A stretch of 64,000 nucleotides of DNA from Cenococcum geophilum (lineage: Eukaryota). How positions within the stretch are numbered: the first letter of the stretch is position 1; every line of letters starts with the position of its first letter. Under the pieces are notes generated by a model. That model was not told the origin of the DNA. It searched no databases and saw only the letters and a list, made by a program, of their open reading frames with translations. The DNA is taken from contig CP158635.1 of NCBI GenBank assembly GCA_050273025.1, positions 9,114,001-9,178,000 of the forward strand, read 5' to 3'. Of this stretch, positions 25,761-38,425 are shown piece by piece. The translations under genes and the position numbers were made by a program.

Positions 25761-27379
25761 TATATCTTAAATAACGCAAATAAGTTATATCTTGCTACTT
25801 ATTAAATAGGCTTATTCCTATTCTACATATAATAAACCACTATTACTTTCCCTTCTCTAATAGTAGGAGTTGGACTTAATTGTCTTAGCTACCCATTTTA
25901 AATAATACTAATTTTAATAAGAGCTGGCTTAATTAGTAGGCGCGATTACTTATATATCCCCTCCGCATGCTTTAATAATAGATATGCTATTAGTCTCTTC
26001 CTTTTAAAGGGCTAGGTTGTACTATACAATCTATCTCTAATTAATGTCTTCTCTAAGGTAATAGCAACTAATAGTAATAATATTGTTGTTATTAGCTAGC
26101 TGCTTCTAATCCGGTAATTATCTAATTAAAAATAGGGCATATTAAGGGAAATCGTGTTCTTTAACATATAAGACTTAGAAACTACTATCCCTAGTAGAAC
26201 TAATAAGGGCATTTATGAACTTTAAAGGTATTAGTAAGTAGAGCTTTTTTTCCTTAAAGGAAAGAAAACTGGCATAACCTTATTGTCATTAATTTGCGGC
26301 CACTTTAAAATGGCATTGGTTGCGCCTTTAAGGACTATAATGCTTTAATCTTATAGAAGCTATAAGATAAAACGGGTAGAGTTCTTATTGGATAGGTCTA
26401 GTAACTACTCCTTCTAATATCTATAGACTTTAAGGGTAAGAGAACTTATATCTTTAACTTAGAAAAAATCTTAACCTTTATATAACGCAATTTAAATTTA
26501 GGGCTAGTTACCTTACTAATGCTAAAAGAACTGGAAAACTGAACATGTAAATAAGAGCAAAATTTAATTAAGAAACAGCCTATACCCTAATAAAGCTTTT
26601 ATTTATCTAACAATAAGGCGCTCCCTATATACTATATATTTAGCAATATACTCTTAATTCTTATTACTATATGCTAAGTATATAACTACCTAGCGCATTA
26701 TATCCAACTACTAGAAAACACTCGCGGCGGAGTTATTTATTACCGTTTAGAATAGCATTTTCTAGTAATTATCTAGCTATATATATATTACTGACCTTAT
26801 TTTAGTTTTATAGTATATCTAGTTAATTTAGGGTGTTAGTATAATGGAGGCTTAATAACTAAAAAGTACTAAATCTATTATTGCGTCTACTTTATATATA
26901 TACACTTAAAACGTAAGTTAGCCTAATAGTATACCTAAAGAGGCGGACAGCTCTTATACGTATAAGGTAACTATTAATAGAACTTAGCCTTTAAGCCTTA
27001 CGCCCGACTTATAAGAAGGATTAAAGGTTAAGTAGGACTCGTTATATACCGATTTAACTGCTTAGGAGTAAGGCAGCGGCTCGTTTTTATATAACCTTTC
27101 CTACTTAATAGCAGCTATCTAACCGTGTCTTTAACTAGTATTAATTAGTATTTCTTAGACATTATAGAGTTTTATCCTAGGCGCCGGATTTAGTTATAAC
27201 TTAGTATTACTTTAATATTTACTTACAGATTTTAATCCTTATTTATAATTTCTGGCTTATTTAATCTTTAATTAAGGGATAATAACTATGTTAAAGCTAT
27301 AGATTTGGATTCGAATGTGCTTAGCTAAAAAAGGCGGTAATTACTACGTTGGCCGTAAGTAGCGGCTCTAATTTTTAGC

Positions 27380-27500
27380 ATATCCTATAATTTAGTAGTC
27401 GCGGTATAAAGGTATCTATAATTTAGTGGTTACAGTACAAAGGCGTCTATAATTTAGTAGTCGCGGTGCGCTACGTCTAGGATTTAGTGGTTACTGCGTA
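27380..27500 (+). repeat. 31-bp tandem repeat, ~4 copies (inverted relative to 23334-23459)
   Basis: ATTTAGTAGTCGCGGTATAAAGGTATCTATA / ATTTAGTGGTTACAGTACAAAGGCGTCTATA / ATTTAGTAGTCGCGGTG... Confidence 0.8.
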
Positions 27501-29012
27501 AAATACCTCCCCTAGCCCCCTAAAGTCAGCCCATCCCGCCTGCCCTAATACATCTACAGTCTTATACTAACTTTGTTTACCTTAGGAGATAGTATATTAC
27601 CCCCTAGAAAAGCATTTCCAATATTATATTAGTTCTTTTATAAGTCGCGATAGGATATTTAAGGCCACTTCCCTATAAGTTCTAGTATCGCTAGCACAGA
27701 TATAAGGGCGGCAGGTTAACTAGGGCGAGGATATAGTTACCTTCCCCCTTTACCGCTTTTAGTTATTTCAGTTATAAAATACACGATTATTAGTTTGCCT
27801 ACGCTACGTATTTCTATATATAGTTCTTTTATTACTTTATACTATTCTATATTATACTTTATTAGTACTACTAGCCAAGCCACTTCTAGGAGCATCTTTT
27901 GCTTTAGGTGCTCCTCCTTTTTATTTTTCCTAAACTCGCTATTAGGCTTCTTATTTAGCAGTATAAAAAGCTCCGAAAAGTCTACCTACCCTAAGACTTA
28001 TTATAGCCAATAACTTAGTTACTAGAGTCTCTATTATTGCTTATATTGGTTATTTAGGTTTATAAGGCCACTATATTAAAGGAATCCACTAATAGAGAAC
28101 TAGGTTATAAGTCTATAGAACTCCTATAAGTAATACCGCTAAAGCCCCCGCCTAGTACGCTAGGTGCTTATTGTCGCTATTTTATTCCCTTCCCTACTCT
28201 AGCCTTTTGGTATAGTGCTATTATTCTTAATATTAAGCCGACTTTTAGTACGCGTCTTAACAGCTTTAGAAAGCGTCTCGGTGTAGGTTCCATTTACTAC
28301 AGCCCAACTTATTATAAAGTGGGAGTGGCGCACGCGTCTAAACTGTAATGTATCTTCCTAAGTTATAGTAAAATAGATCTAGTTAGATAAAGCATCGCGG
28401 ATAATTATACTTAGTGCAACTATTAGCTTTTTTCCAGCTATAGTAAGTTTAATTCTCCTTATCTTATCTTAGACGGATTATTACCTCTTAGTAAGTAAAT
28501 CATTTAACCTTTAAAGAAATCCTCTAATATAAGGTAGTGGGTGTGCATTATAACGTTTGCGGTGATATCTTTATCGGAATATATAGGTTTTTAGAATTAC
28601 AAATTGTAGGAAAGTAACAGGATTAGAGATAGAAACTCTAATATCTAAAGCCGTTTAAGTATCCGCTTCTTTACGCTAGTACTTAGGCTAGGGTAGTATC
28701 TGTTATAGCGTTTATAGCGCTTATAGCGATTAGTTAAGAGCATTTTATATTAAAACCGTACTTATCCCTTAACCCGTTAATTCGCGTTTAATAGTTATCG
28801 ATAAGAACTAGCCAATTAATTAAGCTAAATTTAACGCTTATATTATTATGGGGCCATAATCGGCATCTTAACCTCTATAGCTTGGTTATCCCTTATTTAT
28901 AAGTATTGGGGATATAGGAAGGCGTATTAAGGCAAAAGTTGCTAGGGGTGGGATTTTTATACTAACTTAAGGCTTTATTAGTGGCGTCTGGGGATAGTAA
29001 GCGGGTTATACC

Positions 29013-29100
29013 GGTTAGAACGGTTAGAATAGTTAGAATAGTTAGGATAGTTAAAATAGTTAGATTAGTTAAAGCGATATAATTAGTTAGAATAGTTAGG
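29013..29100. repeat. 9-bp tandem repeat (GTTAGAATA)n, probably within a minus-strand hypothetical gene relic (~27570-29130)
   Basis: About 8-9 degenerate copies visible; period is a multiple of 3. Confidence 0.7.
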
Positions 29101-30116
29101 TCTTCGTCTTATAACTCTACTTAAGTCATATTATATCGTCCTAATCTTCCGTTTTAACGCCACTATGTCTTATAAGTCTAGCCTAAATATACGTACCGCT
29201 GTAGGATATATAGAGAAAGAATAGAGATACTTCCTAGTAAGCTATATATTGTGCGCACTATAAGTCTTAGTTAACACTAGGCAGCTCTTATTGCGTAATA
29301 AAGCTAAGGATCTTACTAAAACCTATAACTCTTAGTTATGGGTTCCTCTACTTATCTAGGGGGAGGTTTAAAACTATATAGTAGACGAGCTACGGGAAGT
29401 GAAGATATCCCTAATATATAATAAGGTTTTTCAGTGGCGTATATTACAGGCTATTAAGAGTAATTTCTCTAGGGCATAATCCTAGGGCACAATTCTATCT
29501 GGTTAGTTTTAGTTATAAATAGTCAATATAAATACTTATTTAAGTTTTAGTATAATAAGAGGCAAGCTAATTAAATAGTTAATCTAAGACGCTAGATAAG
29601 CCTTAGGATCCTATAAACTAATTAAGTATTAAACCCAAAACACCATATAAGCTGCCTTAGGATCCTATAAAGAGCAGGAATAAGTAATAAATAGCTAGGG
29701 CAAGGATATACAAGGCGGGTAAAAAACCAATATAAAGCGGGTATTTAGTGGAAGGGGGATTCTATTCTAAAGCGTTAGATCAATACTACTTAATACTAGT
29801 TTGCTATATAGCCCTCCTCTATCCACCTTATTCTAACTCCCCTAACGTATATAGAATCTACTATACACGCCTACGCTCTACTAGATACTAACTAAGAGTT
29901 GTTACTATCCTAGTCCCTATCCGTTAGATAATTTTGCTCCACATACGTTCTTATTTGGTATTTAGGCCCTAATCTAATATTGGGTTTTAGTAACAATTTT
30001 ATCTTATTTTTAGTTCTTTAACTATTTAGGGGAGACTAAGTGCAAAAGGTTTGGCAGGCTATCTTACTTAAAAAATTATAATAGTAAATATATCTTATTT
30101 TATAAAACCATAAATT

Positions 30117-32536
30117 ATGCAGCTATTTAAGACTATTAACTATATTTATTCCGTCCTTCTGGTTGTTTCTTTCCTTTACTATACCGTGCAATCTATAAGA
30201 TTGTAGTTATTACTAGTTATATATAGGAAGCGGCTAACTTAGGTATTATAGATGGTGGTAGAAATTATAGCCAGCTATATAAGTATCTAAATTCTACAAC
30301 TATAAGCTTATCTAATAATAGGTAAGGTACAGAAGGTATTCTCCAGGCTATATACTAGCAAATTACTCTACACGCATGTATATAACGTCCCTATATAAAA
30401 TTATTGTTCTATACTAACTAGATGTTTAGGTCTTTATAGAAAGTTCGATACTTATATAGAGTACTATTTAGATCCTTTTTTAACTCAAATTAATTCACCT
30501 AAGGTATTTTTATTTTAGCTCTTGCCTAATTACCTATACCCTTAAAGTCGCCCGTTTTATCGTCCTCGCCATTAACTAATTAATTAACGTCTACTAAGTT
30601 ATACGCCTTATAATACCGGTTTTGGGGATGTTTCTGTTGGTTAGGCTCTCTATCCTATATAGAATACCTTACCTAGCGAGCGAAGTGGAACCGCTACTTA
30701 AGTAGCCCTAAGCTAGTAATATTAAAAGCTGGCGGGATTGTATAGAGGATCTCTTAGTAGTTATACCGTACCTATAGCCAAAGGACTTAAAAATATAGTT
30801 GTTGCTTTGCCTAGTAGGTGTCCTATAAGTCTTAGCTAGGCTACTAGCGATATTGCCATTAATATAAACGGGTGCACTTATAAATGCTACTATAGATAGA
30901 TCTAGTTTATATTTTTGTCCTTTCTAAGTAGCATTAACTAACCGCTAAAGGTTCTATTCCTATTCTAGAATTTGTCTTATAGGTAATAACGCTACTTACC
31001 TTTATTTTAAACCGGTTTAACTTATATATAAAGGGGCACGTTATAGAATATTTAATACGTAACCTAAAAGAGCACGCCTTAAGACACGTTATAATACTCT
31101 TAATGGACTTCTATAGCAATAACAGCTCTAAGGAAGTCTTAGAGGTTATAGTCTTAGAAGAACGGTATATCCATCTTGCGGACAGTCTAATCCTTAATTT
31201 AATACCTTCTGCAATTAACATTATTACCTTTATAGTTTATTTCTCGCACTTTATTGATGCATATATAGGACTTATTATAATTAACGTAATCGTTATTTAT
31301 ATTTGGACTAAGCTCGTTAAGAATCCTAAGCTTTTTTAAATGTATTAAGATATAGTACGAATAGGTATAAGGAAAGCTAGATTAAGTACGACATAGTTAT
31401 ATACTAGGATCTAGTAAAAATAGCTAATTATTAAGATTAGGAGTAGCACGGATATTCCTCTATATTAATAGATAGTAATAAACTAGGATTATGGATAAAG
31501 TGTTTATAACTTTTTACTAGTCTATTAGGAGAGGGATTAAAAGCAATTAGCCTAGCAATTTTAGTACTAGTCTTACTTCTTTACCTTACGTAAAATACCG
31601 CAAGTGTGGGCGGCTTATTTATTTTAATTAGTTCCTAGCTAAACACATTTATGTTTATAGGCTATCTTATATAAACGTATAATATGCTAATAGGTTGCCT
31701 TATTGCAGAAGAATACTTTTCCAAACTTCTTTAAACTAAGCTATCTATCGTTAATAAAGAAGGAGTAATATACCTTAAGGTTACCGCCGGTCGCGTTAAA
31801 TTTAATAATATCTTATTTTCTTACGCCGACGAGGAGCCAACGGTAAAGAAGATTAGTTTTATAGTTAAGGGCGGAAAGACTATTACGCTTATTAGATTAA
31901 CCGGGAGTAGTAAGTCTACACTTCTTAATCTCCTAAAGCGGTTTATTAACCCTAGTAAAGGAAGCATTAAAATTAATGGCTAAAATATTAGTAATGTTAT
32001 ACTAAGAAGTCTATGAGAAGATATAGTAGTTATACCCTAAAATCTTAAAGTATTAAATAAGTTAATTAGGGAAATCGTATTGTATGGGCTCTATACTAAT
32101 AATACTAAAATTACGGAAAGCTATAAAGCCGCTTCTATATATAAACGGATTATATATTATAATACTAGATATAACATAGTGGTTAGGGAAGGAGGTATTA
32201 AACTTTTAGGCGGTAAGCGTTAACGCATTACTATCGCAAGGGCCTTTTTTAAAAATTTAAAGATTTGGCTTCTTAACGAAGCTACGTCTGCTATAGATAA
32301 TATAACGGAGAAATTAATTTACGAATCGCTTAAAAGTTGGGGGAAAGGTTAAACAATTTTAACTATTACTTATCGTCTTAGTATTGTTAAGGGTGCTAAT
32401 AAAATTATTTTCTTAGAAAACGGAGAGATAAAAGAAAGGGGAAGTTATACTAAGTTGCTTAACTAACGTAGATTATACTACGAAATGTAGATAGTAATAA
32501 ATAATGTGGACGAAATAGAGGGGGTTAGAAGCTAGT
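30117..32536 (+). pseudogene. Half-size ABCB transporter, HMT1 (heavy-metal tolerance)-like
   Basis: Hydrophobic N-terminus; 'IPYL*PKD'; transmembrane segment in ORF 31103-31339; Walker A 'RLTGSSKST' (~31895), signature 'LLGGKR*RITIARA' (~32203), Walker B 'WLLNEATSAID', 'ITYRLS' H-loop. Confidence 0.88.
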
Positions 32537-32537
32537 A

Positions 32538-32612
32538 TATACGCCTTATAGATAGCATATACGCCTTATAAATAGCTAGTACGCTTTATAGCGAGCATAG
32601 TACGCCTTATAG
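32538..32612. repeat. 20-21 bp tandem repeat, 4 copies
   Basis: TACGCCTTATAGATAGCATA-like unit immediately after the ABC transporter 3' end. Confidence 0.7.
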
Positions 32613-33944
32613 ATCTCTATATCGGTAGCTATAAATAATATACGGCCCGCTAAATATAAAAGTTTATATAATATGCCGAGACTTCTGCCTTTTAGGCTGC
32701 CCTATATGTCTACCTATAAGTTTTAGACTTTTGGCCTTTCTATTCTTAATCCTAGCAAAGAATATCTAGTATAGAAAATTACACGCAACTATTAGGACAA
32801 TTTAAAAAGCTTAATCTTAGTACCGGATCTAACTAAGAAGAAAACACGCTCGTTAAACCTAAGAGTTATAAACTATATATTATGAGTTTTGCTATTAAGT
32901 AATTCTATAGGCTCTATAATAACAATTTTAGCCGCTATAGAAACGTTGGACTTGCGTATATATCCTTCTATAATAATATTAAATGGTCTAATAGAAGGTA
33001 TAACACTGTTATAACAGAGTCGGACTTGGGGAAAGGTGCCCTAATTATGGGCATTTAATATGCGCACAGTGTAACCCTATATAAGCCTTAACTACTATTA
33101 CTATTTTAGTAGTGCTAATATAGGCTATATAGATTTCCTATAATGGAAGTTACAGAGGCCAGCCACTCTTAGTCTCCTATATCTAGCTATCTAGTCTAGT
33201 ATTATGTAAGTTTAGCCTTTTTAATTGTTAAGCTTATTATAATCGCTGCTAGTGTTACTACAGAAATAGTCTGCTAAAACGTAGAATAACGTGTATATGT
33301 AAACATGAAGCTTATACAGACTGTTTAGTGGAAATGGAAAAAGAGCTAAATATAGAGTTGGATATAACAACTTAGTGCGTTATAGGCATACCGTATAAAG
33401 AGTTAAATATATTAGATATAAAAACTTGGTACTATATAAGTATACCTGCTTATATTTATATAGCACTGCTAATAGTAAAAGAGTGTCAATATTGAGCTAG
33501 ACACGGACCTGTTAAAGGACCTGTTAAAGTTTATAAATATATACACCCCTATTATTCCAGTTGCGAATATAAGTTTTGTTAGGGAAGGTAGCTATAATAC
33601 TAATACCAGAAGCCGTAAATAAGAGGGGTAGTAGCGATAAGGATCTGGTTATAGTTTATCTTTAGTCTTAAAGTTAAAGAGCACTATATATTCGGCGCAG
33701 TTTGTTAAATTAAAATTAAATAGTGCTAGCTATTGGAGGATAAATTTAATACGCGCTTACGAATGCTCTTATGTTTATATTCCACTACTCTAACTATTGT
33801 TCCTTACTTCCTCCGTAACGATTTCCTTTAAGGCACTATTAATTAATTAAGGAATTTTATAAAAAGAGCGAGCTAGGTAATTAGGCGTAGCGCCCTATAA
33901 ATATATAGCCAGAATCTTAATAGATTTAGCGGCGATAGCTTCGG

Positions 33945-34490
33945 TTCTATAAGCTAGGAGGTTGTAGGAGCTAGGGGCTTATAGGAGCTAGGGAATCCTA
34001 GAAAGTAGGTAATTATATAAGTATAGTGGTTTAATTTAGCGCCCTCTAATTAATACCTAGCGTGTAAATAGGGTATTAATGGGTTTAATAACTTTCGTGG
34101 CTTTGATCCTATAAGCTAGGCGATCGTATAAGCTAGATGCTTGTGGGAGCTGGCCGATCCTACGAGCTAGGTAATTATGTAAGCATAGTGCTCGTGGGAG
34201 CTAGGCAATCCTGTAAGCTAGGTAATTATGCAAGCTAGGTAACCGTGTAAGTATAGTGCTTGTAAAAGTTGAGCAATCCTATGAGCTAGGTAATCGTATA
34301 AGCTAGGTGATTGTGCAAACTGGGTAATTGTGCGAGCTAGGTAATCGTGCGAGCTAGGCAATTATGCGAACTAGGTAATTATGCGAGCTAGGTAATTATA
34401 TAAGTAGAGTAATTATGTAAGCAGAGTAATTATATAAGTAGGGTAATCTAACCTAGCGCCCTCTATTAACGCCTAGTATATAAATAGGAA
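33945..34490. repeat. 17-bp minisatellite (GAGCTAGGTAATCGTGC-like), more than 20 degenerate copies
   Basis: Periodic GAGCTAGG[T/C]AAT; embedded duplicated block TAGCGCCCTCTA.TTAA..CCTAG....TAAATAGG at ~34037 and ~34454. Confidence 0.85.
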
Positions 34491-35149
34491 GTAAATATTA
34501 GGAAAATACCAGAACTATAAAAAAAAGAAAAATATAAGTCCCAGATCTAGAAATATTAAAGAAGTTCCCATATAAAGACCCCTTATATATTCTTAGAGAA
34601 GTTCCTATATAAACAGCCCTATAAGCGTAGCTATAAGTCTAAGCCCTTTCGCGTAACCTAACTACCCCTCCCTACTACACCGGAATAGATAAACAACCGC
34701 TATATACTATAAGTAGAGAAATAATTTAAATAAAAAGAAAACACTATAAAAAAATTTATATCCTTAAGATATAAATCTATAAGTACTATAGTCTTAAACA
34801 CGACTAATAGTTGCTAAGGTGGCATACGTCCCAGGTCTATAAGAAATTTAAAAAATCCTAGGTCATTAGTATAGATTTTCCTTCTATTATCGCTTTTAAG
34901 GTAGTAAATAAATTTATCTAAGTAAAAGTATAGATTATCGCGAATGCTTTATAGCTCGCTATAAGTTAAGCAGGTAGAGACTCTGGTAAAAATAGTAAAA
35001 AATTGTTTTGTTTCGCGATAGGCTAAACAAAAAGTGGCTAAAGTTTTAACCCTTTTACTAGCTTTTATTAGAAATCTTCTTTATATTTATATCCTATACT
35101 TATAGATTTAAGACTATAAAGCTAAGGCCACCGTATCTAACCGTCGCCT

Positions 35150-37183
35150 ATATGGCCTCGTCGCTTAATATCTCTTTATTATTATTTGCCCCTATTTCTT
35201 AATCTTTAGTACTAAAACCATTTTCTCCGTTATACAATATCTCTACGTCCTATTCTTAATCCTTATTACTAAAGTTACTTTCCTAACTAGCTAACGCCTC
35301 TACGTTACCGTTATCTCTAAAGTCGGTTTCTCTATCTATAAACGCCTACTTACTAGCTAACAATTTAGGGACGCTACGCTTATAAGTACTTGGGGTTATA
35401 GATACCACTTAAGGAGAAATTATAGTTAATATTGTTAGGATATAGAATAAGCCTATAGACCTTTAAGTACCGGCTGCTTAGCGCTTTAAGTAAAAGATCT
35501 CCCCTAACGCAAGGCAGATTAATAGGAGTTAATTACCACCTATATAAAGCGGAGCGCTTATAAAGGGCTTAGCCAGAATAGCAATTAAACTACCCTAGAG
35601 GCACTAATAGCTCCTTTACTATAGATAGGGGGTTAATATATAAGATTAACTGGCTAGGATAAGTTTACTATTTAGGCAGTATCTTACCCCGAGAAGGATG
35701 GGCGTTAAAAGTAGATTATATAATACTATTCCTACTAAAAAAGGCGTTATTAGGGGTTATTGTTAACTTCTAATTCTAGTTTATAACTTTATATAAACGC
35801 TTCTAAACCCCACTAAGGCATACGGCGTCTGTTAGGGATCGTTAGCTATTTAAGTTTAGCAGTAGCTTAGCTAATAGCTACCCCTAACAATGCCTTACTT
35901 ATGGATTACTCTAGGCACCTATAGTCTTAGGCATAGACAATATATAAGCTAAGAGTAATTATAGCCACTAAATATTGTACTATAGACACTACATAAAGTG
36001 GAAAGGGGCGGCTAGTATACTCTGTCTTTCCCTTCTACCTTCTGTCCTAACTTCGCCTTAGGAGAGAAATGGAATATAAATGTTATAATCCTGGTTCTTA
36101 TATACCATTAATTCGACTTACCTTTAAATCTAACCTCTTAACTATACATCCCTTACCATCCTTATAAGAATACTAGACATTATATATATTACCTTAACTA
36201 AGCTTAGATATATTGCTAATATAACCTATAGGTCCTTAATTAGTACTTATAAAAATATTACAATATACTATTACCCTAAAGATAATATACCTAATTATCA
36301 ACCTACTGGAAACCTTAAATTATCATAGAATTATATTAACGATAAAGATATAGCATCCGGTAGCGGGGAGGAGAAATAATTGTAGCTTTCTAACCCTATG
36401 CAGAAATAGATGCCTTATACGCCTACTTAAACACCTAAAAAGGTTAACTTTTATAAAATTAATGATAATACGGAGGGTAATATATAAGAGGATATGGAAA
36501 TATACGCCAATTACCTTAAGAGCCTAAAAGGCCGCAGTGAAACTAAAATAGTCTTACCTAAGCTAATAGAGAGCCATGGCGAGGCTAAGACAGACTTACC
36601 TTAACCAAAAGAGGTTTATATTAAAGGTTTACCGGTGCCTCTAGGTATGTTTATAAAACACCTATATATTGTTTAGCAATACTAATAATTAAGTAGAGAA
36701 TAGTTTAGCTAATTCTATAAACTTCCTTAGAGATATACCTCCCCTAACTAAAGTGTTAATAATTTCCAATGCTATAATTTCGGGCAGATAACTAAAATAT
36801 CTCTTATCGTGGTTACTAACTTACTATATAATAGAGGACTTAAAGCGTCTCCGAAACCCTAGATATAGATTAGTTATATCTATATATAGTCCTATTATAA
36901 TAATATCCTAGTATCCTACCTGGGTTTTACCCGCGGGTATACCGCATAAGAGACTTGTATTATACTATACTAAGAACCCACGTTACCTCTATTATTATAC
37001 TAGAATATATAAACCGCTTAAAGATATTATAATAGAGATAGCTTGGAGGGGTAAACTATATAAGCAAAGAGACCAACCAGAAAAGGCGCCAGATAATCAT
37101 TTAGAAGATCTATTAATAAGAGGGATACGTAAAAAAAAGGTGGATTGTACTATAGATAGAGCCTCTAAGAAGCTAAAGAAATG
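35150..37183 (+). pseudogene. Hypothetical protein relic
   Basis: Extended protein-like frames ('GKGRLVYSVFPFYLLS*LRLRREME...', 'YPTWVLPAGIPHKRLVLYYTKNPRY') with a probable intron at ~36645-36696; family not recognised. Confidence 0.45.
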
Positions 37184-38425
37184 AGAAATTTCTTATAAGA
37201 AAAGATTTTTATAATTACGTTTATATTTTCTAGCGCTAAGAATTAAGGCGCTAATTAGGATTTCCTTAGCTTAGTATTGTTTTTCTATCTAGTTGCTTCT
37301 ATGTTAAAAGTATCTTATTATTATTTGCCTATACATTAAATTGAAGTTAAAAACTCGCTTATAGTAAGCTTATAAGTCCTCCACCTTTATATACTTAGCA
37401 GCAATAAGTCAGCCTCTATAAAGAATTAAAGTTAAGGTATTATAGTCTCTGGCGTTTTTATAGGTAACTAGGGTGTAGGTTAACTCTAAATTTCATATTA
37501 ATAAGGTGGGAATGTTAAGGATAAATACAGGATATCTCTCTTAATATTGAAAATGGGATCTTATTCTAAGAACTAGATCCGATTTTAAAGACTATATCCT
37601 ATCCCAATTCTAAGCCAAACGTACTAAATGTGGCTAAAAAGGTATAGCGTTAAGCTAAGCGGTTTAATGGTCTTGGAAGAAAGGAGCTATTTTTAGTTAT
37701 AGCTTAAGTTATAATTCTAGGAACGGAATCTAATTCTAAAACTAAAATCCTAATTCGGGTTTATAAAGCAGACTAATTAACTGCTGTAAAAAGGGCGCGA
37801 TCCTAAAAAAGGATCTAGTTCTAAGAACTGGATCCCAGTTATAGGAAATAGGTTAATTAAGCGCTGTAAAATGGGGTTGGCTATATCTATATTTGGCATA
37901 TTAGGTTTAGCTCGTTTTAGGACTAGCTATATAATTAATTGTGGGTGCTTATATAACTAACCCAATAATTAACCCACTGTCGCTAGCTGTACCTTACCTA
38001 GCGCCTTTTAGCATCGCTGCATTAGAGCCTTACTTTATTTAAGCCTTACGCGTTATAGAACAAACTAAAAGCTAATAACTATAATTACTAAGAAATGCTA
38101 CCTGCAACTTTCTACTTTAGGTTATTATAGCTTAGTATTTAACTAAGCCCTATAAAGTCTTAGTCTAAGCCACGTTAGGTTAGCTTAACTTTTCCGCGCC
38201 TAATCTTTAATCCTTATATTTGCTCGCACCCTGCTTTCTTCCTTATACTTTTCTCCTTAGTTATTTCCTTATTATAAGACGCGCTTAACATATACTTAAC
38301 CTCCCTATACTTACCTGCTATTATACTATCCGTTATATACTAGCCTCTTTAATCTCCCCTCCTCGTCTGCCTACTTGCCTGCTACGTTAGCCCTCCTAAT
38401 ATAGCTCTTAGCGCGTTTACTTATA

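Noticed and set aside
32700..33700. Possible additional gene relic (similar hints at 23500-24200, 46400-47300 and 50000-51200)
   Set aside because: Protein-like stretches exist but I could not recognise any motif or fix the frame and strand, so they are not called.
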